A DNA stretch of 64,000 nucleotides, from NCBI GenBank assembly GCA_041798205.1, contig JBHCAK010000013.1, positions 13,647-77,646 on the forward strand, in the 5' to 3' direction. Shown piece after piece: positions 48,401 to 57,726 of this stretch; the first letter of the stretch is position 1, and every line of letters begins with the position of its first letter. A program made the position numbers and the translations under genes. Source of the stretch: Sediminibacterium sp. GTDB lineage: Bacteria; Bacteroidota; Bacteroidia; Chitinophagales; Chitinophagaceae. The notes under the pieces are model-generated. The model was given only the letters and a program-made list of their open reading frames with translations. It did no database searches and had not been told where the DNA came from.

Positions 48401-49250
48401 GACTAGGTACTTTTTCTTCCACCGGCTTCTGTTGTACAGCGGCACCCTGGTTCAATGATACTCTTTTAATAGAAGCGTCCAGGACGCGAAGAAAAGGCTT
48501 GCCATCGTTATACGTGAATTCAAACTTTCCCCGCAGGTCGTCTTCCAGTGAATAGCCATAGAGAGCCAGCAGTTTGTTCTTTTCTTTGTCCCAATTGCGG
48601 ATGCTGTCGAAATAATTAGGCCCGTAATTGTGCAATAGTTGTAATAATACAATGCATTTATGCACACAGAGCGGATGAGCATTATCTGATTTGCAGGTAC
48701 AACTTGTATCGAAATTCCGCTCCTCGTTTTTTTGGATAACTACCCTGAAATTTTCCCCTTCGTATTCGAGTTCCGCCACTACCCGCTCGTCTTTTGCTTC
48801 AAGCAGACTGGAACGGCTGCTGCGCAATAGGTTTTCAGCCGATTCAAAACTGGCCGGCGATGCCAGCATCCTGATCAGTTTCAGATCAAGCTGTTTCATT
48901 TTCACCACCGTATGTTTCTGATCGTAGACAGATTCCTTATCACCCAGCAGGTTCTTGTCAAGCAGGTCTTGTAAAAAGAAAAGGGCTGCTGCTTTGTGGC
49001 GGCATATTTCTGAGAGATTATACGGACAGGTACAACGAAGCGACAAGGTTTTAGGGTCTTTGAACTGGTTAATGTGTACTTTATAGAAAGTTGCATAGCC
49101 ATCATCTTTCACCCTCAATACCACGGAGGCCATCAGATCGTCGTATTCTACCAGCTCTACGTTGCCTAAGGCATGGATCTTCTTCCCCCTGCGAATCACT
49201 TCTTCGGTGCCACTGTTATAGATATGTTTGACTAAATATGGTAAGGCCAT
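45491..49250 (-). pseudogene. SWIM-domain SNF2/DEAD-box helicase, frameshifted at a G8 tract (46815-46822)
   Basis: Upstream frame (start MALPY, 49250) has two SWIM fingers and ends LREVQWGGHTGR*; downstream frame continues GGILADDMGLGKT, LDESQ, LSGTP, SLKAGGVGLNL. Removing one G gives a continuous 1252-aa ORF. Confidence 0.85.
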
Positions 49251-49377
49251 GTTTTGTCGGGAATTAGGTTCCGGCCTGTTTGTTTCAAACAGGGCAATTT
49301 GCAAAAGTAAAGGAAAGCAGGGCAGTTACCGAAACTTAATGGAAAGAATGTGGATGAAATGTTTGTTAAGATCATCA

Positions 49378-50106
49378 TTAACCCGTGTACCCCACCAGGT
49401 CGCCATTACGGTAAACCGGTAAAATATTGGCCTGGTCGGGTGTTACACAATATTCAAGGTCGGCCTCCAGCCCGTACGATGCCAGCCTGTGCCAGTGGGT
49501 CGTTTTCCTGATGAATTGCTTCATATCGTCTTTATGCAGCTTGTACATATCTGCAGCCATCAGGCTGCTGTCGCAATGAATGGCAAAATGGTCTTTCACC
49601 CGCTCAATAACCGCTCCAGCGAATAAAGCATCTTCGAGATTGAAACGGTCTTTCCAGGCAGAACAGCCTAATACTACATTTTTACGTTGTTCTGCCAGGT
49701 GGTCGCATACGGCCGATAGATTGGGAAATGATCCTGTAATCACTTCTGATGCACCATTGTTCAATGCCATATGCAAGAGTCTGGTCCCATTGGTTGTAGT
49801 AAGTACCAATGTTTTTCCTTCAATAAAGGAACGGGGGTACTCGGCGGGGGAATTGCCGTGTGCCAGTCCCTCGATCACTTTTCCGTCCCTTTCACCCGCA
49901 GTGATACCACCGGTGGTTTTTCCAATCTGGATGCATTTATCCACACTGTCTACCGGTATTACGCGGGTTGCACCGTTGTATAACGCCGTAGCAATGGTAG
50001 AAGTGGCGCGGAATACATCGATCACTACCACAATACTGTTCGATATATCATAAATGTCGAGAAGGCGGGGCGATACAACAGTAAATAAGCTGGGTTTCTG
50101 ATTCAT
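49378..50106 (-). CDS. 2-phosphosulfolactate phosphatase family (ComB-like)
   Basis: VVVIDVFRATSTI, GNSP, LTTTNGT, NLEDALFAG; start MNQKP at 50106. Confidence 0.9.
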   Translation of the reverse strand: MNQKPSLFTVVSPRLLDIYDISNSIVVVIDVFRATSTIATALYNGATRVIPVDSVDKCIQIGKTTGGITAGERDGKVIEGLAHGNSPAEYPRSFIEGKTLVLTTTNGTRLLHMALNNGASEVITGSFPNLSAVCDHLAEQRKNVVLGCSAWKDRFNLEDALFAGAVIERVKDHFAIHCDSSLMAADMYKLHKDDMKQFIRKTTHWHRLASYGLEADLEYCVTPDQANILPVYRNGDLVGYTG

Positions 50107-50113
50107 ACGGATG

Positions 50114-50121
50114 CAAAGATA
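50114..50121 (-). promoter_or_regulatory. -7 element TATCTTTG for the ComB-like gene
   Basis: Exact TAnnTTTG match 7 nt before ATG 50106. Confidence 0.65.
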
Positions 50122-50136
50122 AAGTCCGGAAGGAAC

Positions 50137-50164
50137 AAAAGGGCCAGCCTGGAAAGGCCGGCCC
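50137..50164 (-). terminator. intrinsic terminator downstream of ssb
   Basis: Minus strand GGGCCGGCC-TTTCCA-GGCTGGCCC followed by TTTT. Confidence 0.7.
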
Positions 50165-50409
50165 TGCACAAAAAGAGCCGTGTCACAAAGAGGGCTGGTT
50201 TCTGGACCATAGGGGTTATTCGGTCCACTCAGCAAACAACTTTGGACACCCACTACAACCTGTAGTTTCCTGCAATATGACCACTCACATGCTAACCCTC
50301 ATCGGTCAAATACAGACAGGTTATATGCCTCTTTTTTTGCAACCAAACACAAGGAACTAATAACAACGGGTTTTCCAGCTATAAATTACAGCAGTAGGGT
50401 AAACCAGGT

Positions 50410-50751
50410 TCAGGGAGATTTTTTACCCAACAGGAGCATTTCATTGACCTGTATTTCGGTAATAAATTGTCTGCTCCCTTCTTTATCCGTGTAGCGGCGA
50501 TGGACCAGTTTACCTTCAATGGCAATCTCACTTCCTTTGATCAGGTACTTTTCAGCAATGTCGGCCAGTTTGTTCCAGGCTACTACATGATGCCATTGGG
50601 TATCGGCTACTTTTTCTCCTGTTGCATCGCGATAATGTTCATTGGTAGCAATGCGCAGGTGCGCTACTTTTTTGCCTGAATCAAATTTTTTGATCTCAGG
50701 GTCCAGGCCAAGATGGCCAATCAATTGTACTCTGTTCCTGATCGTGTACAT
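50410..50751 (-). CDS. ssb: single-stranded DNA-binding protein, short form without acidic tail
   Basis: NRVQLIGHLGLDPE, QWHHVVAW, KGSEIAIEGKL; ends LLGKKSP. Confidence 0.92.
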   Translation of the reverse strand: MYTIRNRVQLIGHLGLDPEIKKFDSGKKVAHLRIATNEHYRDATGEKVADTQWHHVVAWNKLADIAEKYLIKGSEIAIEGKLVHRRYTDKEGSRQFITEIQVNEMLLLGKKSP

Positions 50752-50852
50752 AATCGTGGTTTTACATCATTTGAAATTGGTCAGCGCTTGCGGAACGCTG
50801 CATCACTTGCAAATATGAAGGGAAGAAAAGGCCTGAACCGGCATTTAACCAT

Positions 50853-50878
50853 GTATACCCGATTATAATCGGGTATAC
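50853..50878. repeat. 26-bp perfect palindrome GTATACCCGATTATAATCGGGTATAC
   Basis: Self-complementary with no spacer; lies in the divergent ssb / Zn-ribbon intergenic region. Confidence 0.9.
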
Positions 50879-50950
50879 CCGGATATGGTTCACCAGGAAG
50901 AAACAGGTATAAATACCTGATTACATAAAAACCGTATTTATACGCATGGG

Positions 50951-50971
50951 TTAACGGTAAAGTACCGTTAA
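50951..50971. promoter_or_regulatory. 9-3-9 palindrome TTAACGGTA-AAG-TACCGTTAA, candidate operator
   Basis: Perfect 9-bp arms 21 nt upstream of ATG 50993. Confidence 0.5.
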
Positions 50972-50992
50972 TTTTCAGATTCAATTTCTATT

Positions 50993-51361
50993 ATGAATCC
51001 AACTGAACGACAGTGTCTTTATTGCAGGAATGCGCTTCGTGGAAGATCCGACAAAAAGTTCTGTAACGATTATTGCCGCACTGCACACAACAACCAACGC
51101 TATGCCCACACCAATCACCAGATGCGCAGCATCAATAATATACTGAAAAGGAATCGGCAGATACTTGCGGACTGTCTTGCTGCAGCCTGCCGGGCCAGGC
51201 TGTCGAAGCAACAGTTATATACTATGGGTTTCCATTTCGGCTACCACACTCATACTTTTTCCGACAAAAAAGGAAATACCTATCATTTTTGTTATGATAC
51301 CGGGTATCTTCCCCTCGGTTCCGAAAAATTGCTTGTGGTGAAAAATAAATCCGCTTATTGA
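50993..51361 (+). CDS. DUF2116-like Zn-ribbon protein
   Basis: CLYC...[13 protein letters not shown]...NN, then [12 protein letters not shown] and GFHFGYHT...FCYDTGY. Confidence 0.75.
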   Translation: MNPTERQCLYCRNALRGRSDKKFCNDYCRTAHNNQRYAHTNHQMRSINNILKRNRQILADCLAAACRARLSKQQLYTMGFHFGYHTHTFSDKKGNTYHFCYDTGYLPLGSEKLLVVKNKSAY

Positions 51362-52440
51362 AAAGGGATCTTAGTCACTTTCGCTTTAAGAAGTGTATTG
51401 CGTATCTCAATGAATATTTCACTGTCGATAGAAGCATGATCAGTTGTCACATAACCCATACCGACTGCCTTGTTCAGGGAAGGGGCCTGTGTGCCGCTGG
51501 TTACTTTTCCGATGGTATTACCAGATACATCTTTGATCAGGTAATCGTGACGGGGAATCCCTCTTTCAATCATTTCAAAACCTACCAGTCTGCGCTTTAC
51601 ACCTCCGGCTTTCTGTTGTTCCAGTATATTTCTTGCAGTGAAATCTTTCGTGAACTTGGTAATCCATCCCAGTCCGCCTTCCAATGGCGAAGTAGTATCG
51701 TCAATATCATTCCCGTACAGGCAGTATCCCATTTCCAGGCGAAGGGTATCTCTTGCTCCCAGGCCAATGGGTTTGAGTCCCTGGGGGGTACCAATTTCAA
51801 AAATGGCATTCCATATCTTGTCAGCTGCCCCATTACTGTCTTCAAAATAAATTTCAATTCCTCCCGATCCGGTATAACCCGTAGCGCTCACCAGCACATT
51901 ATCCACTCCCGCAAATTTTCCTTTGGCAAAAGTGTAATACTTCAGGTTCATGATATCCATATCGGTCAGGGGCTGTAATATTTTGGTGGCATTAGGCCCC
52001 TGGATAGCCAGCAGGCAGGTCTTATCACTGATGTTGTGCATTTCCACTTTCCGGGTATTGTACCGGGATATCCAGCTCCAGTCTTTTTCTATGTTGGAGG
52101 CATTCACCACCAACATATAGGTTTTGTTTTCTTCAATACAATACACAATCAGGTCATCCACAATACCACCCTGTTTATTAGGCAGGCAACTATACTGTGC
52201 CTTACCATTGCTGAGCTTGGAAGCATCATTGGAGGTAACACGCTGGATCAGGTCCAGTGCATCCGGACCTTTCAATATTAACTCACCCATGTGACTGACA
52301 TCAAAAATTCCGGCATTCCTGCGTACCGCCGCATGTTCATCATTGATTCCACTGTAACTGATAGGCATATTGTAACCGGCAAAAGCAGCCATTTTTGCAC
52401 CCATGGCAATGTGTTTCTCTGTAAAAGGGGTATTCTTCAT
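51355..52440 (-). CDS. gcvT: glycine cleavage system aminomethyltransferase T
   Basis: [39 protein letters not shown]; start MKNTP at 52440. Confidence 0.96.
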   Translation of the reverse strand: MKNTPFTEKHIAMGAKMAAFAGYNMPISYSGINDEHAAVRRNAGIFDVSHMGELILKGPDALDLIQRVTSNDASKLSNGKAQYSCLPNKQGGIVDDLIVYCIEENKTYMLVVNASNIEKDWSWISRYNTRKVEMHNISDKTCLLAIQGPNATKILQPLTDMDIMNLKYYTFAKGKFAGVDNVLVSATGYTGSGGIEIYFEDSNGAADKIWNAIFEIGTPQGLKPIGLGARDTLRLEMGYCLYGNDIDDTTSPLEGGLGWITKFTKDFTARNILEQQKAGGVKRRLVGFEMIERGIPRHDYLIKDVSGNTIGKVTSGTQAPSLNKAVGMGYVTTDHASIDSEIFIEIRNTLLKAKVTKIPFQ

Positions 52441-52552
52441 ATAGTCGTCGGTGATTGTCCGGGGCAAAAATAAGTGAAAGCAGGGTACTAAAAGGGAAGA
52501 ACCCCATTTTGAGAACAAAACGGAGTTCTTTCTTTCCCAACTTCAACCGAGT

Positions 52553-54775
52553 TTACAAAACCATCTGCATCATGATGAGTCTTGCATTATCCAATGAAAT
52601 ATCCAGTCCTTCTTCTTTTTTTGCCGTATGCTCATTTGCCGGCGCGGGATGCTGGGAAGGCTTTTCCTGGTAAGTAGTGGTTTTCTGATAATGATAACGA
52701 GTGGTGTCTACCGGTTTATCCAGCTCTTTCTTCAATTCTTCCGCTTCTTTTTGTCTTTTCTCATATTCCTTACGCAATTCATCCCTGCTTTTTTTGTATT
52801 GCTCTACCGCGTTATTTTCTTCCCCGTTGTTCTCATCGTCTTTCCGTTCTTCTTTTTTATTAACCCTTTCCAGTCCACCTGCAGTCATGATATATTCTAC
52901 ATTACTGTCCCAGTTTTCATAATCGTTCCAGTCGTCTCCCCAGTCCCAGTCGTTATGATTCACATGAAACCAGCTGAGCCTGTTTACCACCTTTCTGTCG
53001 ATCACAATTCTTTTTCCTACAGGTACCTGTACCATTACTTCCACCCGCTGGTTGCGGAATTTGGTACCACGCTGGAGTGAGAAACCCCTGTCGAGCCAGA
53101 TGGTACTGTCTTCCTGGTTAATTCCGTAGTTGATCTCTTTCACATTTGTCATGGCGCTGCCTTCATCCTTTCCGCTGCTGTACTTGGTAGCTGCAATATG
53201 ATAAATGGAATCTTTGCTTTTAAGGATGCGCAGCCGCACATTGTTGAGGAAAAGACTGTCGTCGCTAATGGACATTACCCCATCTATTTTCCCCAGCCAT
53301 CCGCCAATGACTTTTACCTTGCTGTCGGGCACACTGACAATCAATTTACCGCTGCTGGGTTGCTTAATGGTATATTCCTGTTTATCCCTGGCGCTGGCAT
53401 CGAAATTACGCGCAATGGAAACCGCCAGCATGATACCGCAGAACAATCCTATACACCACAGGCCGGCGAAAGTGAAGCCAAGGAACTTATTGCCCGATTT
53501 AACACCCATGATCCTGCGGATGATCCATATGATGAATGCAACTACCGGAACACCGAGAAACAGCAATAAGGTTGCCCATGCCAGGAAGTTTTGTCCTACT
53601 CCTTCCAGGAAAAAATCTTTCAGGGGAAATACGCCAACTCCTGCCACCATGAACGCCAGTAAGGTAACCAGCAGTGCAAATGCAAGTATGCCCGCTATGA
53701 AAAGGAAGAAAGCCTTGAAGATGATACCTATTGCATTGCCCAGCCGACTGCCACCCTTTCTGCCAACCCGCCCTGCTTCTGCGCTGAATTGCTGGCTTTT
53801 CTGGCTCAGGGTTTGTCCGAATTCCTGCCCGAACTGTTGTGCTTTTTCCTTGAATTCGCCACCCCATTTTTCTGCACGGCTTTTAAACCCCTCCAGGTCT
53901 TCCTGAATGGTATTCTTGATGGTATTGAGGTCTACTTTCTCTCCACGCATTTCCAGTTTATCCGATGCACTTTTGGCTTCAGGGATCACTGCCCAGAGTA
54001 TGGCATATGTAATGAATAGTGTTCCGCCGAAAGATCCGAAAACAATGCCGGGGAATGGATTATAATCGAACCAGAAAGCATGCCTGAATATGGAAGTGAA
54101 TATGCCTACCACCAGTGGCAGAACAAAGATCAACCGTGGTATCCACACTGCTATATCAAAATAAGCAGCCAATCCGCTCGCCACACCGGCGATTACTTTT
54201 TCATCGGGATTGCGATACAGTCGCTTTGTAGTGATGGTATTTTCCAGTCGTCTCGAAGGCAATATCACCCATAGAAGGATATACAGGAGTATACCGGTTC
54301 CCGCGCCAAAAGTGATGAGTGCAAATACCAGGCGAACGATGGTGGGGTCGATGCGCAGATAGTTGGCCAGTCCGCTACATACGCCTCCCAGTATTTTATC
54401 GTTTTCATCTCGGTAAAGACGACCTCTCGGACCATCTCCCGGGGCTTCATGATAACTCTTACTTTGCTGTTGCTTGGTTTCTTCTCCTAATTGGGACTGT
54501 ACTTTGCTTTCATCCCCTTCAAAATCTTCGGGGCGGCCCATGCTTCCGATGATATTGTTCACATCTTCATCTGTAATACAGGTACTGCCTTTTTTCAAGC
54601 TGTCGCCAAACAATTCTGCAATGCGTCCTTCAATATCATTGATGATTTCATCGCGTCCCTCTTCATTGGCAAAGAACTTACGCAAGCTTTCCACATACTG
54701 TTTCAGCATGTCGTAGGCCGATTCCTCGATGGGAATCACCCTGCCCTGGAAGTTTATGTTAATTACCTTTTTCAT
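52553..54775 (-). CDS. PspC-domain membrane protein (two PspC repeats, TM segments, extracytoplasmic C-terminal domain)
   Basis: RLYRDENDKILGGVCSGLANY and RLYRNPDEKVIAGVASGLAAY repeats; EMRGEKVDL. Confidence 0.9.
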   Translation of the reverse strand: MKKVININFQGRVIPIEESAYDMLKQYVESLRKFFANEEGRDEIINDIEGRIAELFGDSLKKGSTCITDEDVNNIIGSMGRPEDFEGDESKVQSQLGEETKQQQSKSYHEAPGDGPRGRLYRDENDKILGGVCSGLANYLRIDPTIVRLVFALITFGAGTGILLYILLWVILPSRRLENTITTKRLYRNPDEKVIAGVASGLAAYFDIAVWIPRLIFVLPLVVGIFTSIFRHAFWFDYNPFPGIVFGSFGGTLFITYAILWAVIPEAKSASDKLEMRGEKVDLNTIKNTIQEDLEGFKSRAEKWGGEFKEKAQQFGQEFGQTLSQKSQQFSAEAGRVGRKGGSRLGNAIGIIFKAFFLFIAGILAFALLVTLLAFMVAGVGVFPLKDFFLEGVGQNFLAWATLLLFLGVPVVAFIIWIIRRIMGVKSGNKFLGFTFAGLWCIGLFCGIMLAVSIARNFDASARDKQEYTIKQPSSGKLIVSVPDSKVKVIGGWLGKIDGVMSISDDSLFLNNVRLRILKSKDSIYHIAATKYSSGKDEGSAMTNVKEINYGINQEDSTIWLDRGFSLQRGTKFRNQRVEVMVQVPVGKRIVIDRKVVNRLSWFHVNHNDWDWGDDWNDYENWDSNVEYIMTAGGLERVNKKEERKDDENNGEENNAVEQYKKSRDELRKEYEKRQKEAEELKKELDKPVDTTRYHYQKTTTYQEKPSQHPAPANEHTAKKEEGLDISLDNARLIMMQMVL

Positions 54776-54796
54776 TTTCTGTTCGGGTTTTGTTGG

Positions 54797-55162
54797 TTAA
54801 GGTTGGGATTGGTTGGGTTCGGATGTTGGATCTGTAGGTGGTTGGGTTAACGCATGTACTGCATCGGCTAGTTCCTGCCAGGTTCTTTCCAGTTCGCCGT
54901 AGAAATCAAGTCCTTTTTCTGTCATCACAAAATATTTCCTGGGCGGACCGCTATTGCTTTCTACCCAGCGGTAGGTTAACAAGCCTGCATTTTTCAATCG
55001 CGTGAGCAATGGGTACAAAGTGCCTTCCAATATATGCAGGTTGGCAGCTTTCATCCGGTCCACAATATCACTGGGATATACTTCGCCCTGGCGAATGATG
55101 GACAAAATGCAAAACTCCAATACGCCCTTTCGCATCTGACTCTGTGTGTTCTGAATATCCAT
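54797..55162 (-). CDS. PadR-family transcriptional regulator
   Basis: MRKGVLEFCIL, EGTLYPLLTRL, GPPRKYF. Confidence 0.95.
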   Translation of the reverse strand: MDIQNTQSQMRKGVLEFCILSIIRQGEVYPSDIVDRMKAANLHILEGTLYPLLTRLKNAGLLTYRWVESNSGPPRKYFVMTEKGLDFYGELERTWQELADAVHALTQPPTDPTSEPNQSQP

Positions 55163-55237
55163 ATCCGGAGTTTTTAGGTTCCGTTTTCCGCGCTACACGG
55201 AAATGAGGAACCGCTGTGAAAAAATGAATGATCTCTG

Positions 55238-55432
55238 TTAAGCCAGCAAAAATCTTCTGCCATTTCTTACTTTCCTGCTACGCTCAAGATTCCAGTAATC
55301 TGCTGCAGTGAAAACCGGTTTGGTATCGGCTGTGTGAATGCCGGTAGCAAGGGTCTCTTTCACTTCCTCAACCAAATTACAGATATCGTTCTTTGCAAGC
55401 GTTGCTAAGAAATTTGTTTGTGTCGTTTTCAT
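55238..55432 (-). CDS. small hypothetical protein (64 aa) upstream of padR
   Basis: ATG 55432 follows an A-rich leader downstream of a promoter-like element; contains FTAADYWNLERSRK. Confidence 0.6.
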   Translation of the reverse strand: MKTTQTNFLATLAKNDICNLVEEVKETLATGIHTADTKPVFTAADYWNLERSRKVRNGRRFLLA

Positions 55433-55497
55433 ACTGTTTTTATTAATAGTGTTTTTAAATGCTGTTCTCATTGACAACACAAAGATGGGATATTATT

Positions 55498-55522
55498 TGG
55501 TACTATGCAACACATAGTACCA
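55498..55522. promoter_or_regulatory. 10-5-10 palindrome TGGTACTATG-CAACA-CATAGTACCA, candidate PadR operator
   Basis: Perfect 10-bp arms covering the -33 region of a minus-strand promoter (CATCTTTG -7-like element 20 nt past the central TTG). Confidence 0.6.
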
Positions 55523-55692
55523 GTTTTTTTTTAGTAATATGCAGAAGACTGTAACTGGCAAAACTTAATTGTATGATAATCAATTTATTATTCAACCAAG
55601 GGATATTTGGTTCTTACATAAACGGCTTTTTTTGCTGATGATCGGTGCCGGATAATTTATGTTGATAAGCACAAAAAGCTTTGCTTTGCATT

Positions 55693-55708
55693 ATCGTATA
55701 AATACGAT
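55693..55708. promoter_or_regulatory. ATCGTA-TAAA-TACGAT palindrome, candidate ArsR operator
   Basis: Perfect 6-bp arms 5 nt upstream of the arsR ATG. Confidence 0.6.
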
Positions 55709-55713
55709 TAAAT

Positions 55714-56049
55714 ATGGCAACTCCGAAAACAGAAGCTTTTACGCCACAAGAACAGCACCTGGCATCTTTTGCAAAAGCGATCGCACATCCGGCGCGGATC
55801 GCTATTTTAAAAGTGCTGGCCGATCGCAATGCATGCATCTGCGGTGAGATCGTAGAAGTATTACCCCTTGCACAGTCCACCGTTTCTCAACACCTGAAGG
55901 AACTTAAGAATGCGGGTCTGATCAATGGGAGCATCTATGGGCCACGCAGTTGTTATTGCATTAATTGGGAAGCATTCGATCAATTCGCTGAAACATTTTC
56001 ACTGCTCTTTCAAAACCTGAAAGACAGGCAAACACAACATTGTTGTTAA
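55714..56049 (+). CDS. arsR: arsenic-responsive ArsR repressor
   Basis: [32 protein letters not shown]-terminal HCC. Confidence 0.9.
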   Translation: MATPKTEAFTPQEQHLASFAKAIAHPARIAILKVLADRNACICGEIVEVLPLAQSTVSQHLKELKNAGLINGSIYGPRSCYCINWEAFDQFAETFSLLFQNLKDRQTQHCC

Positions 56050-56064
56050 ACCAAATCATTATAA

Positions 56065-56913
56065 ATGAAAACCGAAAACGAATTAAAAGCGCTTGTAAAA
56101 GAGAAATACAGTGAGATAGCCGAGCAATCGCGCGACCAGAACCTCTCTTCTTGTTGTGGCTCTGGTTGTTGCAGTACGGAATTATACAATCTCATGAGTG
56201 ATGATTACGCCCAACTGGAAGGCTATGTAGCGGATGCTGATCTGGGATTGGGTTGTGGGCTCCCCACTGAATTTGCACGTATCAAAAAGGGAGATGTAGT
56301 AATTGACCTGGGAAGTGGCGCCGGCAACGATTGTTTTGTAGCACGTGCCGTCACTGGCGAAACGGGTAAGGTTATTGGTATAGATTTTACCGAAAAAATG
56401 ATAGAGAAAGCGAGAAACAATGCTGAAAAACTAGGCTTTCATAATGTGGAGTTCCGTTTGGGAGATATTGAACGAATGCCAGTTTCGGCGAATATAGCAG
56501 ATGTAGTGGTCAGCAATTGTGTATTGAACCTGGTGCCCAATAAATATAACGTACTCACAGAAGTACACCGGGTGTTGAAGCCGGGTGGTCATTTCAGTAT
56601 TTCCGATATTGTGCTGGAAGGAACACTTCCTGCTAAACTCAGAGAAGCAGCTGAAATGTATGCGGGCTGCGTAGCCGGAGCAGTACAGAAGTCAGTCTAT
56701 CTTGAGTTGATCAGCCAGGCGGGCTTTAACAATATCGTTATCCAAAAAGAAAAAAACATTTTACTGCCTGATGATATTTTATCGAATTATTTCTCATCAC
56801 AAGAAATATTGTCATTCAGGAACAGTAGCGCCGGTATTTACAGCATAACCGTTTATGCAGAAAAGCCTTTACAAAAAGAGACTACTTGTTGCGAACCAGG
56901 CTGCTGCAATTAA
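56065..56913 (+). CDS. arsM: arsenite S-adenosylmethionine methyltransferase
   Basis: SSCCGSGCC, LGLGCG, DLGSGAGND, VVVSNCV, YAGCVAG, C-terminal CCEPGCC. Confidence 0.92.
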   Translation: MKTENELKALVKEKYSEIAEQSRDQNLSSCCGSGCCSTELYNLMSDDYAQLEGYVADADLGLGCGLPTEFARIKKGDVVIDLGSGAGNDCFVARAVTGETGKVIGIDFTEKMIEKARNNAEKLGFHNVEFRLGDIERMPVSANIADVVVSNCVLNLVPNKYNVLTEVHRVLKPGGHFSISDIVLEGTLPAKLREAAEMYAGCVAGAVQKSVYLELISQAGFNNIVIQKEKNILLPDDILSNYFSSQEILSFRNSSAGIYSITVYAEKPLQKETTCCEPGCCN

Positions 56914-56960
56914 TGTTTTTATCCATCAATCATTCGTTAAAAAAATATGCTAACTATATC

Positions 56961-57353
56961 ATGAAAAAGAAACTCCTTTTCGTTTGCATTGAAAACAGCA
57001 ACCGCAGCCAGATGAGCCAGGCTTTCGCCACCATCTATGGAGGTGATGCTGTTGAGGCTTTCAGTGCGGGCAGTAAACCCAGTGGCATAGTAAACTCAAA
57101 AGCCATTGAGGCCATGAAAGAGTTAGGATATGATCTCAGTCGGCACGACAGCAAATCCTTACAGGAAGTAGAACAATATGCTCCTTTCGACGCAGTGATA
57201 ACAATGGGTTGCGGCGATGCCTGTCCCTGGATGCCTGCCAAACAGTTCATCGACTGGCAAATACCCGACCCCAAACACATGGAACCTGCAGCCTTCAATC
57301 AAATACGCGATATGATCGGGGAGAAAGTGAAACAACTCATTGACTCCCTCTGA
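56961..57353 (+). CDS. arsC: arsenate reductase, LMW-PTPase fold
   Basis: P-loop CIENSNRSQM, SAGS, MGCGDACP, DWQIPDP; start MKKKL at 56961. Confidence 0.88.
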   Translation: MKKKLLFVCIENSNRSQMSQAFATIYGGDAVEAFSAGSKPSGIVNSKAIEAMKELGYDLSRHDSKSLQEVEQYAPFDAVITMGCGDACPWMPAKQFIDWQIPDPKHMEPAAFNQIRDMIGEKVKQLIDSL

Positions 57354-57356
57354 GGT

Positions 57357-57716
57357 TTACTGCTGGCTGCCTCCTTTTCCGAGGATGGCTTCTATAATGG
57401 AAGTGAAGAAAGACACCACCAGGCTGAATAACAATGCCGGTACCCAGCCGTCGACAGCAAACCCCGGCACCAGGGAAGCGGCAAATTTTACAATGAGGAT
57501 ATTGATCACCAACAGGAACAATCCCAATGTCAATAAAGTAATGGGTATGGTGAGTAATATCAGGATAGGTTTTACAAAACTGTTCAGCAAGCCCAATACC
57601 AGCGCCACCAATAAGGCGGTAGCAGTGCCGTTTACGTGTATGCCCTTCAATATATACGCTGCAACCAATATGGCTACTGCCGTTGCAACGGTCTTGGTAA
57701 AAAAACGTCCTATCAT
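57357..57716 (-). CDS. 4-TM phage-holin superfamily IV / YvlD-like membrane protein
   Basis: VKPILILLTIPITLLTLGLFLLVIN pattern, four hydrophobic helices. Confidence 0.8.
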   Translation of the reverse strand: MIGRFFTKTVATAVAILVAAYILKGIHVNGTATALLVALVLGLLNSFVKPILILLTIPITLLTLGLFLLVINILIVKFAASLVPGFAVDGWVPALLFSLVVSFFTSIIEAILGKGGSQQ

Positions 57717-57726
57717 GAAGTTCAGT

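Noticed and set aside
52860-52970. Low-complexity W/D-rich (DWDWGDDWNDYENWD) and P/T/Q-rich segments in PspC and PadR, and Gly runs in the OMP
   Set aside because: Protein-level low complexity without a nucleotide tandem-repeat unit; no sign of a contingency locus.
55498-55532. Palindrome plus T-run read as a + strand intrinsic terminator
   Set aside because: There is no + strand gene upstream to terminate, and it overlaps a minus-strand promoter, so an operator is more parsimonious.
57357-57716. 'Phage holin' gene as evidence of a prophage
   Set aside because: Superfamily IV/YvlD-like proteins are common chromosomal genes; no integrase, endolysin or structural phage genes are nearby.
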